The notes under the pieces were generated by a model, which saw only the letters and a list, made by a program, of their open reading frames with translations, made no database searches and was not told the origin of the DNA. 64,000 nt of DNA from Candidatus Omnitrophota bacterium (GTDB lineage: Bacteria; Omnitrophota; Gorgyraeia; B26-G9), in contig JAHITY010000088.1 of assembly GCA_018817165.1 (NCBI GenBank), positions 2,866 through 66,865 of the forward strand. Direction: 5' to 3'. Position numbers and translations under genes: made by a program. This document shows, in pieces, positions 10,217 to 19,783 of the stretch. The stretch's first letter is position 1. Every line of letters begins with the position of its first letter.

Positions 10217-10291
10217 TGGCTGCCCCGCATGGACTTGAACCATGAACAAATGATCCAGAATCATCCGTGTTGCCAATTACACCACGGGGCA
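10217..10291 (-). tRNA. tRNA-Gln(CTG)
   Basis: TGCCCCGTGGTGTAATTGGCAACACGGATGATTCTGGATCATTTGTTCATGGTTCAAGTCCATGCGGGGCAGCCA: cloverleaf, anticodon CTG, U1-A72, encoded CCA. Confidence 0.97.
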
Positions 10292-10333
10292 GTAAATTTA
10301 TCTATCAAATAATAGCAGAGTTAATTGTATTTG

Positions 10334-11641
10334 TCAAATATCGAATTCTTTTGCTTTTAACTTGTTGATCACAGATGTAAGCCTGGCAACCGATTTTTCT
10401 TTGCCTAAGAATTCAATAATTTCAAATATTCCCGGACTAACCGTCCCTCCGGTTAAAGCCACCCGCACTGGATGAATCAGCTCTCCGGCATTAATTCCCA
10501 AAGCATCAACCAAAACTCGAACATTTGCTTCTATTTGTTGTTTATCAAACGGATTGCTTTTTTCTAAAGCCTGGACAAATTTCTCCAAATAATCACAGAC
10601 ATTATCAATCTTTAAAAATTTATCCACAGCATCTTGGTCATATTCTATTTCATCTTTAAAGAAAAAACCGGCTAATTTGGAAAAATGTTCTAAAGTCGGC
10701 AAGCGAGTTTTATACAAAGCAATCAAACCAGTCAGCCATTTCTGATCATAAGTATCCGAAATATAACCCTTTTCCTGTAAACTGGGAATAATCATCTGTG
10801 TCAGTTTATCAATATCCATTTCTTTAATATATTGACCATTAACCCAGCTTAAACGGGTCATATCAAATATTGCCGCGGTTTTATTTACCCGTTTTAAAGA
10901 AAATTCTTTGACAAGAGTTTTTAAAGTGAACATTTCTTTATCCGTTCCTGGATTCCAGCCCAGCAGTGCCAAGTAATTAACCACTGCTTCCGGCAAGTAA
11001 CCTTGATTGCGATATTCAGTAATTGCCGTTGCCCCATGACGCTTAGACATCCTCGAGCCGTCTTCGCCATGAATCATCGGAATATGCACAAATTTCGGCG
11101 GTTTAAGCCCTAGGGCTTCATAAAGCATGATCTGCTTCGGAGTATTGGCAATATGGTCATCTCCCCGGATAATATGGGTCATTTCCATCAAAGCATCATC
11201 AACCACACAACAAAAATTATACGCCGGACTGCCGTCGGATTTCAGCAATACTTGGTCTTTTAATTGCTCAGTTCCGATCGTAATTTCACCGCGTAAAACA
11301 TCAAAGAACTTTATCGCCGCGTTTTCCGGAATCCGATAAATAATCGCCTCACCGTCTTTATAGGCTTTTCCAGAATCAAGCAGCTTTTTCGCGTATTCAC
11401 GATAAATATCAAACCGCTCACTTTGATAATATAATTCATCCCAATCCATTCCCAGCCATTTTAAACTATCTAAAATTTCATCCAGATATTTTTTTTCTGA
11501 GCGGACCTGATCAGTATCTTCAATTCTCAGGATAAATTTTCCCTTAGTAGAACGGGCATACAACCAGTTAAACAAACAAGTCCGCGCACCGCCAATATGT
11601 AAAAATCCAGTCGGTGAAGGAGCAAAACGAACTATCGGCAT
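10334..11641 (-). CDS. gltX: Glutamate--tRNA ligase
   Basis: RFAPSPTGFLHIGG (HIGH), LRIEDTD, RMSKR (KMSKS), C-terminal anticodon-binding domain. Confidence 0.97.
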   Translation of the reverse strand: MPIVRFAPSPTGFLHIGGARTCLFNWLYARSTKGKFILRIEDTDQVRSEKKYLDEILDSLKWLGMDWDELYYQSERFDIYREYAKKLLDSGKAYKDGEAIIYRIPENAAIKFFDVLRGEITIGTEQLKDQVLLKSDGSPAYNFCCVVDDALMEMTHIIRGDDHIANTPKQIMLYEALGLKPPKFVHIPMIHGEDGSRMSKRHGATAITEYRNQGYLPEAVVNYLALLGWNPGTDKEMFTLKTLVKEFSLKRVNKTAAIFDMTRLSWVNGQYIKEMDIDKLTQMIIPSLQEKGYISDTYDQKWLTGLIALYKTRLPTLEHFSKLAGFFFKDEIEYDQDAVDKFLKIDNVCDYLEKFVQALEKSNPFDKQQIEANVRVLVDALGINAGELIHPVRVALTGGTVSPGIFEIIEFLGKEKSVARLTSVINKLKAKEFDI

Positions 11642-11658
11642 AATAATATTTCCTTTGT

Positions 11659-11748
11659 TTTAGTCTAAAAGTCTAAGAGTTCTTAGACTAAGAGTTTTTA
11701 AATAAATATTTAACAAACCATTAGCTATTAGCCATTGACCATCAGCTA
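11659..11748. repeat. Degenerate heptamer tandem repeats (AGTCTAA and CCATTAG/CTATTAG types)
   Basis: tagtctaaaagtctaagag...; ccattagctattagccattgaccatcagcta. Confidence 0.6.
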
Positions 11749-13650
11749 TTTTATGATCAACGCTGTATAAAACTGTTTAACCGAATCAGCAATCCCCTGA
11801 GCACTCAAACCGCATTGGCTGAGCAGCTGTCCTCTTTTTCCATGCTTTAAAAATTTATCCGGTAATCCCAGCATTTTTATCGCGCAGTGATCCGTTAAAT
11901 TGTTTTGAATAAATTCCGAAACCGCACTGCCAAACCCGCCGCTGATAACTCCATCTTCTACAGTAATTATCGCTTTAAATTCACTGGCTTTTTGTCTGAT
12001 CAAATCCTCGTCCAAAGGTTTTACAAACCGCGCGTCCACAACCTCGGCATAAATATCCTGTGTCTCGAGAATCTTTGCCGCCTCAAAAGCTAAAGCTACC
12101 ATGCTGCCCAAAGCAAAAATTGAAACATCCTTGCCTTCGCGAATAATCCGCGATTTTCCCAAAGGAATAAAAGAACTGCTTTTCTTAAGGCCCATATCCG
12201 GTACACAATCCTTGGGATAACGAATCGCGCAAGGCGGCTTAAGCGACATCGCCAAAGTCAATAAACGTTCAAATTCATCTTTATCTGAAGGAGCCATAAC
12301 CACCATATTCGGGATCAACCGCAAATAAGCAATATCAAAAACCCCATTATGCGTCGGACCGTCATCCGGCACAATTCCCGCTCGATCAATCGCAAAGACA
12401 ACCGGCAATTTTTGCAGACAAACATCGTGAATTATCTGATCAAAACTTCGCTGTAAAAAAGTCGAATAAATTGCTACTACCGGTTTAAAACCACCCCGGG
12501 CAAGCCCGGCAGCAAATCCTACAGCATGCTCTTCGGCAATTCCGGTATCAAAAAATCGTTCCGGGTATTTCTCACCAAAAGCCTCAAATCCCGTACCCCC
12601 AGGCATAGCCGCTGTGATCGCCACTATTTTTTCGTTTTTCTCACCTAATTCCAACATTTTATCCTGAAAAACTTCTGTATATGACTGCCCTGTGGACTTT
12701 TTCATTATCCCGGAACAAATTTCAAATTTTCCCGCGCTATGAAATTTAGATGGAGCATTTTCCGCGTGCTCATAACCTTTGCCTTTTTTAGTCAATAAAT
12801 GAATAAGTACTGGTTCATCAAGATCCGAAACATTTTTAAACATTTCAATCATTGCCGGAATATCCTGGCCATTCATCGGACCAAAATATCTAAATCCTAG
12901 TTCTTCAAACCATAAACCCGGCACCAGCATTTTAATTAATCCCATTTCTAATTGTTTGGCAGCACGCAAAGTCCTAAAGCCAAACCAAGGAACTCTTTTT
13001 AATAACTTTTCCACATCCTGACGAATCCGATTATACAAAGGACTGCTGACGATCCGGTTCAAATAACTGCTCAAGGCTCCGATACTCGGAGAAATACTAT
13101 GTTCATTATCATTTAAAATAACCATTAGTTTTTTATTCAAATGGCCGGTATGGTTTAAAGCTTCAAAAGCCATACCATTAGCCAAAGAAGCATCGCCGAT
13201 AACTACAGCTATTTTTCTTTCTTCTAATTTTTTAATTTCCCGATTCTTGATATCCCGGGCGCAAGCCAGCCCTAATGCCCAGGAAATAGACGTTGAGCTA
13301 TGGCCTACCGTAAAATAATCATACGTCGGATTTTCATCAATATCCGGAAAACCGCTCAAGCCGCCTGGCTGGCGTAAAGTTGTAAAATCATTTTTCCGTC
13401 CGGTAATAATCTTGTGCGTATAGGCTTGATGCCCCACATCAAAAAGAATAACATCCTGCGGCATATCCAAGCAATAATGTAATGCCAGAGTCAACTCAAT
13501 TGTTCCCAGATTGCTGGCTAAATGACCTCCGGTTTTGGCAACAGTATCAATTATTAAATGCCTGATTTCAACAGCCAGAGCCTGCAGCTCTTTGATAGAA
13601 AGCTTTTTAAGATCATGCGGGCGATGCACCTTGTCTAATATTTTTGTCAT
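11746..13650 (-). CDS. dxs: 1-deoxy-D-xylulose-5-phosphate synthase
   Basis: GGHLASNLG, FDVGHQAYTHK, GHSSTSIS, GIAEEHAV, YSTFLQR, DRAG. Confidence 0.98.
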   Translation of the reverse strand: MTKILDKVHRPHDLKKLSIKELQALAVEIRHLIIDTVAKTGGHLASNLGTIELTLALHYCLDMPQDVILFDVGHQAYTHKIITGRKNDFTTLRQPGGLSGFPDIDENPTYDYFTVGHSSTSISWALGLACARDIKNREIKKLEERKIAVVIGDASLANGMAFEALNHTGHLNKKLMVILNDNEHSISPSIGALSSYLNRIVSSPLYNRIRQDVEKLLKRVPWFGFRTLRAAKQLEMGLIKMLVPGLWFEELGFRYFGPMNGQDIPAMIEMFKNVSDLDEPVLIHLLTKKGKGYEHAENAPSKFHSAGKFEICSGIMKKSTGQSYTEVFQDKMLELGEKNEKIVAITAAMPGGTGFEAFGEKYPERFFDTGIAEEHAVGFAAGLARGGFKPVVAIYSTFLQRSFDQIIHDVCLQKLPVVFAIDRAGIVPDDGPTHNGVFDIAYLRLIPNMVVMAPSDKDEFERLLTLAMSLKPPCAIRYPKDCVPDMGLKKSSSFIPLGKSRIIREGKDVSIFALGSMVALAFEAAKILETQDIYAEVVDARFVKPLDEDLIRQKASEFKAIITVEDGVISGGFGSAVSEFIQNNLTDHCAIKMLGLPDKFLKHGKRGQLLSQCGLSAQGIADSVKQFYTALIIK

Positions 13651-13667
13651 AAATCTATCCCTTGGTT

Positions 13668-13916
13668 TTATTCAGCTTCTAATTTCTGCTCATCAAAACT
13701 TTCTAACTCAAGTTTTTTCCCGTCTTTTTTAACTAAAACATCAACTTTTTTCTTTGCTTCTTGGAGTTTCTTATTACAAACAGCAATTAATTTCATGCCC
13801 TCTTCATAGTTTTTAAGCGAAACATCCAAAGATATATCCTCAGATTCTAAATCCTCAGCAATTTTCTCTAGATTTTTTAAAGCTTGTTCAAACGACAGTT
13901 CTTTCATTTTCGACAT
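13668..13916 (-). CDS. xseB: Exodeoxyribonuclease VII small subunit
   Basis: SFEQALKNLEKI...LE...SLDVSLKNYEEG; follows xseA. Confidence 0.95.
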   Translation of the reverse strand: MSKMKELSFEQALKNLEKIAEDLESEDISLDVSLKNYEEGMKLIAVCNKKLQEAKKKVDVLVKKDGKKLELESFDEQKLEAE

Positions 13917-15181
13917 TCCTCCACTTGACTTATAATAACACCTTTATCTAATTTTGTCTCTAATATATCTCCTTTTTTCAAACCCTGAATATCTTTGAGC
14001 AGTTTTTTTTCAGAGGATAAATAAGTAACACTATAGCCGCGGGATAATATCGCTAAAGGATTCAGATTCAGCAGTCTGGCGCTGATCTGGGCTAAGTGCG
14101 ATTGTTTGGTCTTTAATAACCGAGATATTCCTGCTTCGAGATTGATTAAAGGCTTAAACCGGGCATTTTTAGTGTCTAGAACATTTAAAATTCCGGTTTT
14201 TAATCTTTTGTCTAAATTATCCAGACTCTGCTGGTATTGCTCCACAATCACCTGGGGCCGACGCAAAGCATAACTTTTGATTAAATGCGAAAAGCGCATT
14301 TGAGCTAACTTAAGTCTCTGGACAACTGATTCTGTTAACCTTTTGGCCATTGACTCAACCGCTAAAACTAATTGCTCTTTTTCCTGCACCACTAATTCCG
14401 CGGCAGCCGAAGGCGTGGGGGCACGCAAATCAGCGACAAAATCACAAATTGTAAAATCAATTTCATGGCCCACCGCTGATATGATCGGAATTCGGGAATT
14501 ATAAACGGCTCTGGCTACAGGCTCCTCATTAAACGCCCATAAATCTTCCAAGCTGCCGCCGCCCCGGCCAACAATAATCACATCAATATCTTTAAATGAA
14601 TTTAATTCTTCAATTGCACAAGCAATATCCAATGCCGCGGTTTTACCCTGAACCAGACAAGGACGAATAATAATATGCACATTCGCATAACGCCGATTAA
14701 TTACCTGCAGAATATCTCTGATTGCCGCGCCCGTAGAAGATGTAACAATTCCGATTTTCTGGGGTAAAAACGGCATTACCCGCTTATGAGCAGGATCAAA
14801 TAACCCCTCGGCTGCTAGTTTTTTCTTTAGCTGTTCATAGGCAAGCTGTAATGAGCCTTTGCCCAATGGTTCCACACTATTGACATACAGCTGATATTGA
14901 CCGCTTTGATCATATAAACTGATCCGGCCGGCACACACACATTCCATACCATCTTCGGGTTTGAAATTAAGCCGCATGCTCGCATTTTTAAAAAAAACAC
15001 ATTTAAGCTGAGCTTTTTCATCTTTTAGGGTAAAGTACATATGCCCTGATTGAGGAGTCCTCAAAGTAGAGACTTCTCCTTTGATCCAAACTTGGGGAAA
15101 GCTGTCTTCTAAAATCTCACGGATATTCCGCGTAAGTTCCGCGACAGTATAAATTGTTTTTTCTTTAAATAAATCAGCCAT
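13904..15181 (-). CDS. xseA: Exodeoxyribonuclease VII large subunit
   Basis: SGHMYFTLKD, GRGGGSLEDLWAFN, SAVGHEIDFT, RAPTPSAAAE. Confidence 0.98.
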   Translation of the reverse strand: MADLFKEKTIYTVAELTRNIREILEDSFPQVWIKGEVSTLRTPQSGHMYFTLKDEKAQLKCVFFKNASMRLNFKPEDGMECVCAGRISLYDQSGQYQLYVNSVEPLGKGSLQLAYEQLKKKLAAEGLFDPAHKRVMPFLPQKIGIVTSSTGAAIRDILQVINRRYANVHIIIRPCLVQGKTAALDIACAIEELNSFKDIDVIIVGRGGGSLEDLWAFNEEPVARAVYNSRIPIISAVGHEIDFTICDFVADLRAPTPSAAAELVVQEKEQLVLAVESMAKRLTESVVQRLKLAQMRFSHLIKSYALRRPQVIVEQYQQSLDNLDKRLKTGILNVLDTKNARFKPLINLEAGISRLLKTKQSHLAQISARLLNLNPLAILSRGYSVTYLSSEKKLLKDIQGLKKGDILETKLDKGVIISQVEECRK

Positions 15182-15272
15182 AATCTTTCAAGTCACCAGT
15201 CAATAGCTAATGGTCTATGGTCTATTGTCAATAATATTTAAGTTTTTAATTTTTTTCTGATTTTACTATTAG

Positions 15273-16374
15273 CTATGAGCTGGTAACACTCCACTTTAAA
15301 AAACCTTCGAGAAAATCATCGATCTTTCCATCCATGACAACCGGAACATTGCCGGTTTCCACTCCCGTGCGATGATCTTTGATCATTGAATAAGGATGCA
15401 TAACATACGAACGGATCTGAGAGCCCCATTCTATTTTTTTCTTCAGAGCATTATGTTTGTCCGCTTCGGCTTGTCTTTCTTTTAATTCCAGCTCATAAAG
15501 CTTTGATGTTAACATTTTCATCGCCATCGCTTTATTCTTTATCTGTGAGCGCTCATTCTGACACTGCACAACTATATTTGTCGGTAAATGAGTAATCCGG
15601 ACAGCGGAATCAGTAGTATTAACATGCTGTCCGCCGGCACCGCCGGCTCGGCAGACATCTATGCGTAAATCATCTTCATTGATTTCAATATTTATATCCT
15701 GATCTACCTCAGGAATGACTTCCACGGAAACAAAAGAAGTATGCCGGCGTTTATTCGAATCAAAAGGCGATATTCTCACCAAACGGTGCACACCGTTTTC
15801 GCCTTTTAATTTTCCATAAACAAATATTCCTTTGATCAATATAGTCACACTTTTCACCCCGGCTTCTTCGCCTTGTAAAAAGTCAATCGTATCCACACTA
15901 AACCGATTATTTTCCGCCCAGCGGGTATACATCCGCAAAAGCATACTCGCCCAATCACAAGACTCTGTGCCTCCGGCTCCGGCATGAATACTTAAAAAAG
16001 CATTTGCTTGATCATCGGGTCCTGAGAGCAGTAAGTTTATTTCCAGATTATCAACTAATTTTTCCAGTTCAGAAAGTTCTTTTTTGATTTGCTTTAGCGT
16101 ATCAGTATCATCAGCTTCTACAAGTTCTAATAATTCTCCGATGTTTTTTACATCTGCTTCAGCTTTTTGGATAGGTTCGGCTTGACGTTTGAGCAGTTTT
16201 AAATCTTTTATAATTATATTCGCTTTTTCCTGATCACTCCAAAAATCAGAAACAGCCATTTTTTCTTCTAGTACTTTAATTTTAGATGACTTTGTAGCCA
16301 GGTCAAAGATACCCCCTGAGCTGTTCAAATTGATCAGAAATAAGTTTAAATTTTTCTTTTAATTCTTCATGCAT
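15273..16374 (-). CDS. prfB: Peptide chain release factor 2, translated with a programmed +1 frameshift
   Basis: ATG at 16374 gives MHEELKEKFKLISDQFEQLRGYL, then TGA; the +1 frame carries SPF and GGQ; canonical AGGGGG-TAT-CTT-TGA-C site. Confidence 0.97.
16302..16317 (-). promoter_or_regulatory. prfB +1 ribosomal frameshift signal
   Basis: Internal SD AGGGGG, 3-nt spacer, CTTTGAC at codons 23-24. Confidence 0.95.
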
Positions 16375-16487
16375 ATTAATAAATCCTTTTTGAGTTATGG
16401 CCAGCTAAACAATTTTACTCTTCAAACTTTATTGATGACCTGCCAACCGAAGCTTACTTCTTTGAAGCTCCATTCGCTAGCGTAGGT

Positions 16488-16573
16488 TGGTGCCGAAGGT
16501 GGGATTTGAACCCACACGCCCTTGCGGACACATGGCCCTGAACCATGCGCGTCTGCCATTCCACCACTTCGGC
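16488..16573 (-). tRNA. tRNA-Leu(CAG)
   Basis: GCCGAAGTGGTGGAATGGCAGACGCGCATGGTTCAGGGCCATG...GGGTTCAAATCCCACCTTCGGCACCA; long variable arm, anticodon CAG. Confidence 0.97.
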
Positions 16574-16632
16574 TGATAGGTTTTATATTGTACTATTCAA
16601 TCAAAAAATTTGCAAATTAAAATTTAGCAGGA

Positions 16633-16959
16633 TTAATTAGGAACAAAAGATATCTCAGTACTGAGAAAAATCTCTTTTTGTACTACCCCTTTTATAACAA
16701 CAAGATCCTGAGCAGTGATTTCACTTATCTTGCAAACAATGTTCTTTTCTTTAAGCCGATTGGATATTATTGTATGGGGTGCGACTTTGACCAGAACTTG
16801 TTTATTAATATAAGGTAAATGCACTTCAATACTGTCTTCACTAACAGTCATAACGATTCCGCTTAATTCAAACGGAGGATTATAATCCGCAGCCAAAACA
16901 TTACTTGCGTAAAACCAACTAAGCACCACAAACAAACCGATAATTATTTTTTTAAACAT
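16633..16959 (-). CDS. Exported hypothetical protein (possible OB-fold, DUF5666-like)
   Basis: Signal peptide MFKKIIIGLFVVLSWFYASNVLA; beta-rich body. Confidence 0.65.
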   Translation of the reverse strand: MFKKIIIGLFVVLSWFYASNVLAADYNPPFELSGIVMTVSEDSIEVHLPYINKQVLVKVAPHTIISNRLKEKNIVCKISEITAQDLVVIKGVVQKEIFLSTEISFVPN

Positions 16960-16960
16960 A

Positions 16961-17227
16961 TTAACCGAATTTATAGACCTTTCTGATGGGCTCTATCACT
17001 GTCCAGGTACAGGATAAGCCCTTAGGAAACACCACCAAATCTCCGGCGCCAAAACTAACTTCCTGTTCAGCAGTTTTAACCTTTACTTTTCCTTCAAACA
17101 CATAAGCTGTCTCGCGATCAGAATAAGTCCAATCAAATGTGCTTTTTTCACATTCCCAAGCACTCCAGTTTTTAATCCCTAATGCATCAAGTTCTTTCTG
17201 ACTAGGCTTTTTTACTTCAATCTTCAT
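16961..17227 (-). CDS. Cupin_3 (DUF861/EutQ-like) protein
   Basis: WECEKSTFDWTYSDRETAYVFEG, FGAGDLVVFPKG; start moved to ATG at 17227 behind SD GGAGGAG. Confidence 0.9.
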   Translation of the reverse strand: MKIEVKKPSQKELDALGIKNWSAWECEKSTFDWTYSDRETAYVFEGKVKVKTAEQEVSFGAGDLVVFPKGLSCTWTVIEPIRKVYKFG

Positions 17228-17319
17228 ATCTCCTCCTCTCAATATCTGTGTTTATTATACAGCTTAATCAGACAAAAAATCCAGCTGATTATTCTTTATA
17301 CCCAAAAAAAGCTAGCAAC

Positions 17320-17368
17320 TCTTAGACTTTTAGACTCTTAGACTCTTAGTCTTTTAGTCTCTTAGTCT
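17320..17368. repeat. Heptamer tandem repeat (TTAGACT[C/T] / TTAGTCT)
   Basis: cttagacttttagactcttagactcttagtcttttagtctcttagtct. Confidence 0.8.
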
Positions 17369-17370
17369 AT

Positions 17371-18555
17371 CTAGACAATTGAACAAATACTTGCCGGATA
17401 AACTGTCCAATCGCCGAATCTTTTATTGATCGCATCCTGCGCATTGCAAATCTGATAACGTTTTTGGGCATCAGCCAATAAAAAATTGTTTGTTGCCGGC
17501 ATAAAGTTCTTCACACTTATTCCCAAAGCTCTGACCTCAACATTTTTCGTATTTAATTTATCCAGTAAAAATAATGCCCGTTTAAAAATCTGTTTTGAAT
17601 CATTATTATATTCTTTGAAATTCTTTTCTCCGGAAATAGATTTCATGTCAGGTTTGCGCAAATAAATATGCACGGTGTTTGCTTCTAAATTGTGTCTGCG
17701 CAGCCTGAAACCAACCATCTCTGCTAATAATTGCATCCAGGCTTCTATTTCCCCTCGAGTATAAATATTCTGATTTAAAGTATATGAATGACCGATTGAT
17801 TTCGGATCTTTGGGTTTTTGATCTACCCAGTCAATTTCTTCATCAGCAACAACAATCTCAGGATGCGCCAGCGCATACATCCACAATCCGATTTTACCAA
17901 ATCTTTGCTGATAAAAATCCGCGGAAAATTTCCGCATATCTGAAAAAGAAAATATGGATAAATCCTGCAATTTAGCGCTTAAGCTTGCGCCAATCCCGGG
18001 AATTTTTTGAATCGGCAAATCCTTTAAAACAGAAATAATATCGGCTCTGGGCATGATCATCATCCCATCCGGCTTTTTAAGCTTTGAAGCGATCTTCGAC
18101 ATCAAGCGGTTTACCGATATGCCTACCGACCCGGTAATCGAAAATTTCTTCTTGATTTCCTGTTTGATCCGCATCCCCAAGTCAAAATAGGAGCCAAACA
18201 TTTTATCCAAACCAGTAATATCCAGATAAAATTCATCTATTGAGGCCTGTTCGATTTGCGGTGAATAATTTTTAAGCATCTCGGCGATTTGATCAGACAC
18301 ATACAGATATTTAGCGGAATCAGCACTGACAAATTCAGCATTTGGACATATCCGCAATGCCTGCTGAGTGCTCATCCCGGAATCGATACCCAAAGCTTTT
18401 GCTTCATAAGAAGCCGCGCAAACAACTGTGCGCTGTTTATCTGCCCGGCCGCCGACAATTAACGGTTTACCTTTAAGCCGCGGATTATACGCCTGCTCTA
18501 CTGAAGCGAAAAACGCGTCCATGTCTATGTGTAAAATTTTAGGTTCATTTTTCAT
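17371..18555 (-). CDS. dinB: DNA polymerase IV (Y family)
   Basis: HIDMDAFFASVE, ASYEAK, SIDEFYLD, SKLKKPDG. Confidence 0.95.
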   Translation of the reverse strand: MKNEPKILHIDMDAFFASVEQAYNPRLKGKPLIVGGRADKQRTVVCAASYEAKALGIDSGMSTQQALRICPNAEFVSADSAKYLYVSDQIAEMLKNYSPQIEQASIDEFYLDITGLDKMFGSYFDLGMRIKQEIKKKFSITGSVGISVNRLMSKIASKLKKPDGMMIMPRADIISVLKDLPIQKIPGIGASLSAKLQDLSIFSFSDMRKFSADFYQQRFGKIGLWMYALAHPEIVVADEEIDWVDQKPKDPKSIGHSYTLNQNIYTRGEIEAWMQLLAEMVGFRLRRHNLEANTVHIYLRKPDMKSISGEKNFKEYNNDSKQIFKRALFLLDKLNTKNVEVRALGISVKNFMPATNNFLLADAQKRYQICNAQDAINKRFGDWTVYPASICSIV

Positions 18556-18809
18556 GTTAAAAACACACGCCCTGTAACATACCGATAAAGAAGTTGGTTT
18601 ACAGGCAAAAACACATCTTTTCGCTAAGCCTGAGCCTGCATCGTGCAGACCCAGCCGCGCGTTCTCACTATTTTGACATCCCTGTCAAAATGACGTTCGA
18701 AAGCGCCGCTCAAAGAGAATTTTTGCCCAGCGAATTAGCCATTTCAACCAATCATATTTTTCTTTTCACTTTTAACTTTATAAACTTTACAAACTGTTTT
18801 AGTTTTTTA

Positions 18810-18872
18810 CTATCGACCATTAGCTATCAGCCATCGACTCTTAGACTTTTAGACTCTTAGACTTTTTAGTCT
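18810..18872. repeat. Composite heptamer tandem repeats
   Basis: ctatcgaccattagctatcagccatcgactcttagacttttagactcttagactttttagtct. Confidence 0.75.
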
Positions 18873-18874
18873 AA

Positions 18875-19159
18875 TTATTCTTCCTCAATGATCTTCCACT
18901 TCATTCTCTGCTGGCTAAAACACAGGGTATAGCGGCTATTATTTGTATCACTGACACTGAACAATTGAAAAACTTCTTTACCCTTTTTATCCTGCCATTT
19001 CAAATTCACATCTTTTATAATATGCTTTTGGGAATTAATAAAAAACCAAAGCGGCAAAAACCCTCCCTGTTTAAATGAGACAACTATGTCCACATTCTCA
19101 CCGGGCAGACTATCATCTTGCGGAAGCGGCCTATCCCAGCGGGCATTCGGATTAAACAT
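18875..19159 (-). CDS. Small hypothetical protein between lexA and dinB
   Basis: ATG at 19159 overlaps the lexA stop (ATGTTTAA); beta-rich, aromatic 94-aa product. Confidence 0.7.
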   Translation of the reverse strand: MFNPNARWDRPLPQDDSLPGENVDIVVSFKQGGFLPLWFFINSQKHIIKDVNLKWQDKKGKEVFQLFSVSDTNNSRYTLCFSQQRMKWKIIEEE

Positions 19160-19739
19160 ATTGCCTGACCGCGGTAATAACTTTGCCAATGATTTGTGAG
19201 CGTTCATTCAAAGCAATTATCGGATAATTTTTATTTGCCGGCTCAAGAAAGAACTTATTCTCGCGGCTTCTTAATGTCTTGACTGTTACTTCGCCATCAA
19301 TCCGGCAAACCACAACATCTTTATTCTGCGCGCAGGGCTGCTTTTTTACCAACACCAGATCATCCGGCATGATCCCCGCGTCAATCATGCTATCGCCATG
19401 CACGCGTAAAAAAAACAATTCATCTTTTTGCGAAAACAATTTATCCACATTAAAATAATCTTCTACGTTTTCTATGGCTAATACCGGAACTCCCGCTGGC
19501 ACAATCCCTAATATCGGAACAGTCAGCATTGCTTTTTCCGTTAATTCAATAGCCCGGGATTTTTTTTCTTCTAAAATAAGATATCCTTTTGTGCATAATG
19601 CTTTTAAATAATCCCTGACTGTTCCGGTTGATGAAAACCCGAATTCCGAAGCAATTTCCCGAATAGTCGGCGGTAATCCATTGCGGATTGTTTTACGAAT
19701 AAACATCAGCACTTCCTGTTGCTTGGTAGTCAAATCCAT
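19152..19739 (-). CDS. lexA: LexA repressor
   Basis: LTTKQQEVL...PPTIREIA (wHTH), VPAG cleavage site, GDSM serine, VTVK lysine. Confidence 0.97.
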   Translation of the reverse strand: MDLTTKQQEVLMFIRKTIRNGLPPTIREIASEFGFSSTGTVRDYLKALCTKGYLILEEKKSRAIELTEKAMLTVPILGIVPAGVPVLAIENVEDYFNVDKLFSQKDELFFLRVHGDSMIDAGIMPDDLVLVKKQPCAQNKDVVVCRIDGEVTVKTLRSRENKFFLEPANKNYPIIALNERSQIIGKVITAVRQYV

Positions 19740-19783
19740 CGTTTAAGCCTCCCCGATTAATGTTATGTTTTCTATTAAAAATA

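Noticed and set aside
18594-18860. 88-aa plus-strand ORF
   Set aside because: Runs through hairpins and heptamer repeats, opposite to the operon, with no recognisable domain
17320-18872. Repeats as a CRISPR array
   Set aside because: Units are 7 nt with no unique spacers and no cas genes
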